Positions 58,175-64,000 of a stretch of DNA of 64,000 bases are shown here, in pieces. Source of the stretch: Candidatus Heimdallarchaeota archaeon. GTDB lineage: Archaea; Asgardarchaeota; Heimdallarchaeia; Heimdallarchaeales; Heimdallarchaeaceae. Location of the stretch: positions 1 through 64,000 of the forward strand of contig JAEOSZ010000089.1 in assembly GCA_016840095.1 (NCBI GenBank), written 5' to 3'. A model generated the notes under the pieces. The model had not been told where the DNA came from, did not search any database, and saw only the letters and a program-made list of their open reading frames with translations. Position 1 is the stretch's first letter, and each line of letters starts with the position of its first letter. A program made the translations under genes and the position numbers.

Positions 58175-59542
58175 ATGGCAAAAACAACAACAATATTAGC
58201 CGTAGTTCTTGCTTTAGCTATTGGCGGGGGCGCTTTTTTTGTGGGGTTTCTGATGTCTAATAATTGGATGATTAACACAGATCCTGCAGAATTAACACCA
58301 ACAATAGACGGTATTATAGAAAAGCGAGAATGGTTACGCAGTTCATATTACAATATTCCCTTCTACTTAGATGTGGATAATGAAGTAGATCCAGTAGTGG
58401 ATCTAGCTAATGTGGACGGGTGGAATTATCTTTCAGTTGCGGAAGATGAAGATTATTATTACATAGCTGCAGACTTATGTTCAGATAGAACAAATAACAA
58501 AGCAGGTGAGTGGTTTGCTTTACATCTAGCAAATCAATTACCAGATACTTTTATGTCAGAGCTTGCATTCTATGCGCTAGAAGATTTTGGGTATGAATAC
58601 TTCTTCTATGATGTTGAAGCTGAAACTCCATTTCCTCACTTTCTGAATCCTTCTGGAGGAACACTAACCGCATATGATATACCTATTACACCTCAAACAG
58701 ATTTAATGGAGCTTTATCGAGGAACTCTTGATGGTGGATTCGATGAAATCTGGACTGAATATGATGAATCGAATATTACATTAACATCAAAATATTATGA
58801 AGAAGTTCCAGCAGTTTGGTTAGAAGGACAATTCTTCGCTCTTCACTTCGGTGTCAATATAACAGAAAAGTTTCCAGATCAAGAAATTGGAACATTCATG
58901 TCTAGTCTATCGGATATGGATTTAGAATATAGGTTAGTATCTAACTTGACATCCAATCCTGCTGGTCATTTTGGGCTGCCACAAGAATACTTTGGAGCTG
59001 TAGCAGAGCACGGTGGAGAACCTGGAAATATGACAGTACTTGGATTTTTAAATGACTATAATGAGCTATATTATACTGCTGATATAGTTTCAAGTGGAAC
59101 AGTTGATTTGAATCATAATTCTATAAATGCAACTAATGGAATGTTCTATTTCTCAATTTATGGATGGAATGACGAAGACGGAGTAGATTCTACTAATTTT
59201 GAATTAAAAATTGACAAACTTTCATTGAGATTTGTAGTAGATGATTTTGCTTCAATAGAGGGTAATACAATTGGAACAGGAAACTACGAAATTGCATATG
59301 GATATGGTCCTAGCGACAACTGTGCAGAAGATCATCGAATGTTTGAGTTCAAAATAGCTAAATCAGAATTTCCAGTTCTAGATGATGAGATGCTATATCT
59401 CAACTTAGCTGGTTATGGTACAATGTTGATAGCTGGAACAAACTATTGGATGTATCCACACTATGGCTTCCCAATACCTCCTGTATTCCTTTCAATCTAT
59501 GACAAAAATCAATTTATGACATTTGATATGAGCATAACATAG
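58175..59542 (+). CDS. Membrane-anchored CBM9/DOMON-like surface protein, paralog 1
   Basis: N-terminal TM, PTIDG...EW, EDEDYYY.A.D, FEFKI; start set by alignment to the paralogs. Confidence 0.7.
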   Translation: MAKTTTILAVVLALAIGGGAFFVGFLMSNNWMINTDPAELTPTIDGIIEKREWLRSSYYNIPFYLDVDNEVDPVVDLANVDGWNYLSVAEDEDYYYIAADLCSDRTNNKAGEWFALHLANQLPDTFMSELAFYALEDFGYEYFFYDVEAETPFPHFLNPSGGTLTAYDIPITPQTDLMELYRGTLDGGFDEIWTEYDESNITLTSKYYEEVPAVWLEGQFFALHFGVNITEKFPDQEIGTFMSSLSDMDLEYRLVSNLTSNPAGHFGLPQEYFGAVAEHGGEPGNMTVLGFLNDYNELYYTADIVSSGTVDLNHNSINATNGMFYFSIYGWNDEDGVDSTNFELKIDKLSLRFVVDDFASIEGNTIGTGNYEIAYGYGPSDNCAEDHRMFEFKIAKSEFPVLDDEMLYLNLAGYGTMLIAGTNYWMYPHYGFPIPPVFLSIYDKNQFMTFDMSIT

Positions 59543-59590
59543 GGTTATGTCTTTCTTTTTTCTTTTTTTTCAACATTTCATTGAAATTCA

Positions 59591-59655
59591 AATTCGGGGA
59601 AAAGTATATATCCCGAATTGAGATATTGTATATCACTTTTTAATTAGTAAAAAGT
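59591..59655 (+). promoter_or_regulatory. Conserved promoter element, copy 2
   Basis: AATTCGGG...CCCGAATT and ACTTTTTA-N5-TAAAAAGT. Confidence 0.7.
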
Positions 59656-59685
59656 TCGAAAAAATTAAAAAATAGGTCGAAATTT

Positions 59686-61053
59686 ATGGCAAAAACAACA
59701 ACAATAACAGCTGTTATCCTTGCATTAGTTATTGGTGGGGGTGCATTTTTTGTGGGATGGCTAATGGGAAACAACTGGATGTTTAATACTGATCCAACTC
59801 AACTAACACCAACAATTGACGGTATTATTGAGGAAAAAGAATGGAGACGCAGTTCATATTATAACATGCCTTTTTATCTAGATGTGGATAATGAGGTTGA
59901 TCCTGTAGTGGATCTAGCTAATGTGGATGGGTGGAATTATCTTTCGGTTGCGGAAGATGAAGATTATTACTATCTAGCGCTTGATTTGTGCTCAGATAGA
60001 ACAAACAACAAAGCAGGTGAATGGCTTTCATTACATCTGGCTAATAGATTACCAGATGCTCTTAACTCAAAACTTGCTTTCTATTCATTAGAGGACTTTG
60101 GGTATGAATACTTCTATTATGATGTTGAGAATGATGTTCCTATGCCATTCTATCTAGATGCTATTCCGGCTTTCATAGATTATCCTGATATTCCAATAGT
60201 ACCAGAAATGGATTCAATGGAAGTATTGAGAGGAACAATAGATGGGGACTTTTATGACTTCTGGACACAAAACGATTACAAGAACTTTACAGCAACTTCA
60301 TCTCATTATGAGGAAGTTCCTATGGAATGGTTTGCTGGACAATTCATTGATATTCAATTCGGTGTAAACGTTACTGAAAAGATCTCTGACAACATAATTC
60401 CATTATTCTGGCCAAGTATATCTAATTTTGAATTGGAGATCACTCTTTCGGCAAACCTGACATCAGATCCAGTAGGTCATTTTGGAGATCCTACAGAATT
60501 TTACTTCAGTGTAATGGAACATGGTCCAGATCCTGTTGATATGAGTAGTGCAGCGGCATTTTTCACAGATCCAAATGAAGTTGCTTTTCCTGGAAATTCA
60601 ATTGAAAATATCTATGTAGACCTCAATGAGTTAACTGTCAATATGACTGATGGAATGTTCTATTTTACGATACATTGCTGGAATGATGATGATGTTGTTC
60701 CAACAGGTTATGAGCTTCAAATCGATAAAATGTCATTGATGCTTCATGGTGGTAGCATAGGAACAATAATTGACAACACTATTGGTACTGGAAACTATGA
60801 TATTGCTTATTCATATGGCCCCAGTGAAAATTGTGCAGAAGATCACAGACAATTTGAATTCAAGATAGCTAAGTCAGAATTTCCAACACTTGATGATGAC
60901 ATGTTTTATATCAACTTAGCAGGTTACGGAACTATGATGATTGCTGGAACAAACTATTGGATGTATCCAGTTTATGGATTCCCACTTCCTCCTGTATATT
61001 ATGATCTATACGATTCACATCAATTCATTGCACTAGATATGAGCATAACATAA
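59686..61053 (+). CDS. Membrane-anchored CBM9/DOMON-like surface protein, paralog 2
   Basis: Tandem paralog of 58175. Confidence 0.7.
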   Translation: MAKTTTITAVILALVIGGGAFFVGWLMGNNWMFNTDPTQLTPTIDGIIEEKEWRRSSYYNMPFYLDVDNEVDPVVDLANVDGWNYLSVAEDEDYYYLALDLCSDRTNNKAGEWLSLHLANRLPDALNSKLAFYSLEDFGYEYFYYDVENDVPMPFYLDAIPAFIDYPDIPIVPEMDSMEVLRGTIDGDFYDFWTQNDYKNFTATSSHYEEVPMEWFAGQFIDIQFGVNVTEKISDNIIPLFWPSISNFELEITLSANLTSDPVGHFGDPTEFYFSVMEHGPDPVDMSSAAAFFTDPNEVAFPGNSIENIYVDLNELTVNMTDGMFYFTIHCWNDDDVVPTGYELQIDKMSLMLHGGSIGTIIDNTIGTGNYDIAYSYGPSENCAEDHRQFEFKIAKSEFPTLDDDMFYINLAGYGTMMIAGTNYWMYPVYGFPLPPVYYDLYDSHQFIALDMSIT

Positions 61054-61090
61054 AATTATGTTCCTCTCTTTTTTTATTTTTTGACTTACA

Positions 61091-61154
61091 AATTCGGGGA
61101 AAAGTATTTATCTCGTGTAGAGTTATTGTTTATCACTTTTTAATACTAAAAAGT
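61091..61154 (+). promoter_or_regulatory. Conserved promoter element, copy 3 (right arm degenerate)
   Basis: ATTCGGG...CTCGTGT and ACTTTTTA-N4-TAAAAAGT. Confidence 0.65.
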
Positions 61155-61182
61155 TTGAAAATAATAATAAGGTTGACAAAAT

Positions 61183-62544
61183 ATGGCGAAAACAACAACA
61201 ATTATAGCCGTTATTCTCGTTATTGGCATTGGTGGGGGCGCGTTTTTTGTGGGATTTTTGATGTCAAATGACTGGATGATTAATACCGATCCAACTCAAT
61301 TAACGCCAACAATAGACGGTATCATTGAGAAAAAAGAATGGTTACGTAGTTCATACTACAATATTCCGTTTTATTTAGATGCGGATAATGGTGTAGACCC
61401 TGTAGTAGACAAGGCGAATGTAGATGGATGGAACTATCTTTCTGTTGCGGAAGATGAAGATTACTACTATCTAGCAATTGATTTATGTTCTGACAGAACA
61501 AACAATAAAGCTGGTGAGTGGCTTGCTCTACATCTAGCTAATCGTTTACCTGATACTTTTAATTCAAAACTCGCCTTCTATTCATTAGAAGATTTCGGGT
61601 ACGAATATATTTACTATGACGTTGAAAATGATATACCCATGCCCTATTACTTGGATGAAGTAGCTAATTTCATTGATTACCCACATATTCCTATAGTACC
61701 AGAAATGGATACAATGGAAGTACTTAGGGGAAACATAACAGGTGATTTCTACGACTTCTGGACTGAAGGTGATACTAAGAATTTTACAGTAACCTCACAT
61801 TACTATGAATCACTTGGAGGATTTTCACCAGGACAATTCTTTGGTATTCAATTTGGTGTAAATGTTACTGAAAAGCTTACAGATGAATATATACCTTTAT
61901 TCTGGTCAACTATCTCTGATTTCGATTTAGATATTACAATAAAAGCTAATCTAACTGCTGATTCTGTTCATATAGGGGATCCAACAGAGTTTTACTGCGG
62001 TGTAATGGAGCATGGTCCAGGACCGAATGACATGAGTAGTTCAGTAACATTTCTTACAGATCCAAATGTTGTACTATTAACTGCCGATACAGTTGAACAT
62101 GTTACAGTAGACCTAGATCATCTAACCATCAACGGTACTGATGGAATGTTTTATTTCACAGTATATGGTTATAATGATGTTGATGTTTTACCAACTGGCT
62201 TTGAAGTCCAAATTGATAAGATGTCATTGATGCTTCATGGTGGGGAAATAGGAACTGTAATTGACAATACTATTGGTACAGGAAATTACGACATAGCTTA
62301 TTCGTATGGTCCTAGTGAAAATTGTGCTGAAGACCACAGAATGTTTGAATTCAAAATAGCTAAGTCAGAATTCCCAACATTGGATGATGATATGTTTTAT
62401 ATCAACTTAGCTGGTTATGGAACAATGGCTATAGCTGGATCAAACTACTGGATGTATCCTGTATATGGTTTTCCACTTCCTCCTGTCTTCTATGATCTAT
62501 CTGACAAAAATCAATTCATTGCACTCGATATGAGCATAACATAA
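61183..62544 (+). CDS. Membrane-anchored CBM9/DOMON-like surface protein, paralog 3
   Basis: Tandem paralog of 58175 and 59686. Confidence 0.7.
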   Translation: MAKTTTIIAVILVIGIGGGAFFVGFLMSNDWMINTDPTQLTPTIDGIIEKKEWLRSSYYNIPFYLDADNGVDPVVDKANVDGWNYLSVAEDEDYYYLAIDLCSDRTNNKAGEWLALHLANRLPDTFNSKLAFYSLEDFGYEYIYYDVENDIPMPYYLDEVANFIDYPHIPIVPEMDTMEVLRGNITGDFYDFWTEGDTKNFTVTSHYYESLGGFSPGQFFGIQFGVNVTEKLTDEYIPLFWSTISDFDLDITIKANLTADSVHIGDPTEFYCGVMEHGPGPNDMSSSVTFLTDPNVVLLTADTVEHVTVDLDHLTINGTDGMFYFTVYGYNDVDVLPTGFEVQIDKMSLMLHGGEIGTVIDNTIGTGNYDIAYSYGPSENCAEDHRMFEFKIAKSEFPTLDDDMFYINLAGYGTMAIAGSNYWMYPVYGFPLPPVFYDLSDKNQFIALDMSIT

Positions 62545-62664
62545 AGTTATGTTATCTCTTTTTCTCTACACTTTACTTTGACTTTAGTTTACTAAAGTGT
62601 CTAACTTTGGTTGTTTAAATGATAATCTATTCAAAAGGGGAGGAGTAAGAAGTGATGAGCAAAA

Positions 62665-63717
62665 ATGAAACACAAAACAATCAAACTAACAATCGGGTTA
62701 GCGTTTCTAGCTTTACTTGTTATGACACAAGTAAGAGCAGATGATCAAGACTTCTTATGGGAAGAAAATAGCAACCAAGTGACATTTTCTTATTATGATA
62801 TGCACTTTATAGCTAAAGCTGGAGGAAGTGTTCCAAAGTTCCAGTTTATGACTGATGCAGGTTTTGAATATGCAATTATGTTCCATTCTCTAGTTGAGTA
62901 CTTGGATTACAATGAAGATGGAGTATATCAATTCGACGAAACAGGATTATGGAAAGAAGATGCACCACCAGGTCCAGTATTCTCAAATACCTTACCTCTA
63001 TCAAGTGTAAGATTTGAATTCAGTGGATTTGATGTTGAATATGTGAATATTTCAGAAACTGAACAAGAATTATTAGCTGTTCATTTCAACTATACTTCTC
63101 AAACAATCATGGCTCCTAATTATGGAGATTTTGAAATCACAATCGTTGTACATCTTTATGTCAATGATCAAGTAATTGATGGTTATGATGTACTTGGAAA
63201 TCAAGAAATGAAATTTGATCTAATTATGAACAACTGGCCATGGCAAAGAGAAGATACAAACCTAGCAATGAGATTTGATATTATCCCAATGAACGTAGCT
63301 TACAATTACAGACTAAATGATACAAATGGCAATCCTGTAAATATGAATGACAACACTACTGGGTATGAATACAAAGTTCTAAACCATGGTGATGGGGTAA
63401 AGGAACAATTCTCTATTGGAGATGAACAATACGAAGGATTCTTCGCCTATGCAAATCAAGCTAAGTATTTGATAAATAACTCCTATGAATACAAACAAGT
63501 AAATTGTTCAGTATCCTCTCAAGGTGATGGAACAGTACAAACCTACTTGAGTTTCGAACACTTCGATGATGAAGTTACTTATGATCCTTCAGTTGGAACT
63601 TTTGAAGATCCAGTGATTGATGAAGCAGGATTTGGTGCTATAGAAATAATCACTATAGGCACTGTATCAATATTAGCTATCACCCTTATAGGTAGAACAA
63701 TCAAGAAAAAGAACTAA
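62665..63717 (+). CDS. Secreted beta-rich protein with C-terminal TM anchor
   Basis: Signal peptide, KFDL...NWPW, YDPSVG; ends AGF-TM-KKKN. Confidence 0.7.
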   Translation: MKHKTIKLTIGLAFLALLVMTQVRADDQDFLWEENSNQVTFSYYDMHFIAKAGGSVPKFQFMTDAGFEYAIMFHSLVEYLDYNEDGVYQFDETGLWKEDAPPGPVFSNTLPLSSVRFEFSGFDVEYVNISETEQELLAVHFNYTSQTIMAPNYGDFEITIVVHLYVNDQVIDGYDVLGNQEMKFDLIMNNWPWQREDTNLAMRFDIIPMNVAYNYRLNDTNGNPVNMNDNTTGYEYKVLNHGDGVKEQFSIGDEQYEGFFAYANQAKYLINNSYEYKQVNCSVSSQGDGTVQTYLSFEHFDDEVTYDPSVGTFEDPVIDEAGFGAIEIITIGTVSILAITLIGRTIKKKN

Positions 63718-64000
63718 TCAGTTCTTCCTTCTCTTTTTTTATGTAAACTATTTATGTTCGTTTTAATCTGATTCAGTTTTTCACCATGTAATGGGTAAAA
63801 CAGTAAAGATAGGAAACCAAGAACAAGAAAACCAATTGGTAGAATCCCAACACCTAACCGTAAACCGAATATTGTTTCTGCAGATTGAACCGTGAGTTCG
63901 GAATTGTAACCAAAGAATTCTATCATTATAGTAAAAATGAAGATAATTAAGGAAGATGAAGGTTTAGTAACTAATGCATTAATTCCAAAAAACATGCCCT
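63714..64000 (-). CDS. MFS/GPH-family sugar transporter, C-terminal fragment
   Basis: FFGINALVTK...FGY...Q...GLRL...P...YPL; runs off the window end. Confidence 0.75.
   Translation of the reverse strand, partial: GMFFGINALVTKPSSSLIIFIFTIMIEFFGYNSELTVQSAETIFGLRLGVGILPIGFLVLGFLSLLFYPLHGEKLNQIKTNINSLHKKREGRTD

Noticed and set aside
58175-62544. Diversity-generating retroelement acting on the triplicated genes
   Set aside because: No reverse transcriptase in the window, and differences are not adenine-specific.

Overview
AT-rich archaeal DNA, most likely an Asgard archaeon (Heimdallarchaeia-like). This is inferred from Rab-like GTPases, a divergent stand-alone EF-2, an archaeal pilin, BRE/TATA promoters, GGTG ribosome-binding sites and surface proteins ending in a TM helix plus basic tail. 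Mostly ordinary content: a MoxR/DUF58/DUF4129 operon, EF-2, an amidohydrolase-arfC-cofG-cofH (FO/F420) operon, a DUF1998 helicase, two GT-C glycosyltransferases, ClC, pterin genes, ETF plus a lactate-dehydrogenase-like oxidoreductase, a DEAD-box helicase and three tandem CBM9/DOMON-like surface proteins. The standout is a ~5.8 kb locus at 47.3-53.0 kb. It has four paralogous CxxC...HxC zinc-finger proteins of no family I recognise; three have their own palindromic site (8-5-8 form, degenerate for P1) just downstream of a TATA box. Two of them sit beside paralogous microprotein operons: an unannotated 48-aa Arg-rich coiled-coil peptide, a TM protein with tandem repeats, a conserved structured RNA with compensatory changes and an unannotated 49-aa membrane peptide. 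Two glutaredoxins bracket these operons. No rRNA, tRNA, CRISPR array or mobile element was recognised. All family calls are from motif recognition by eye, not database searches.
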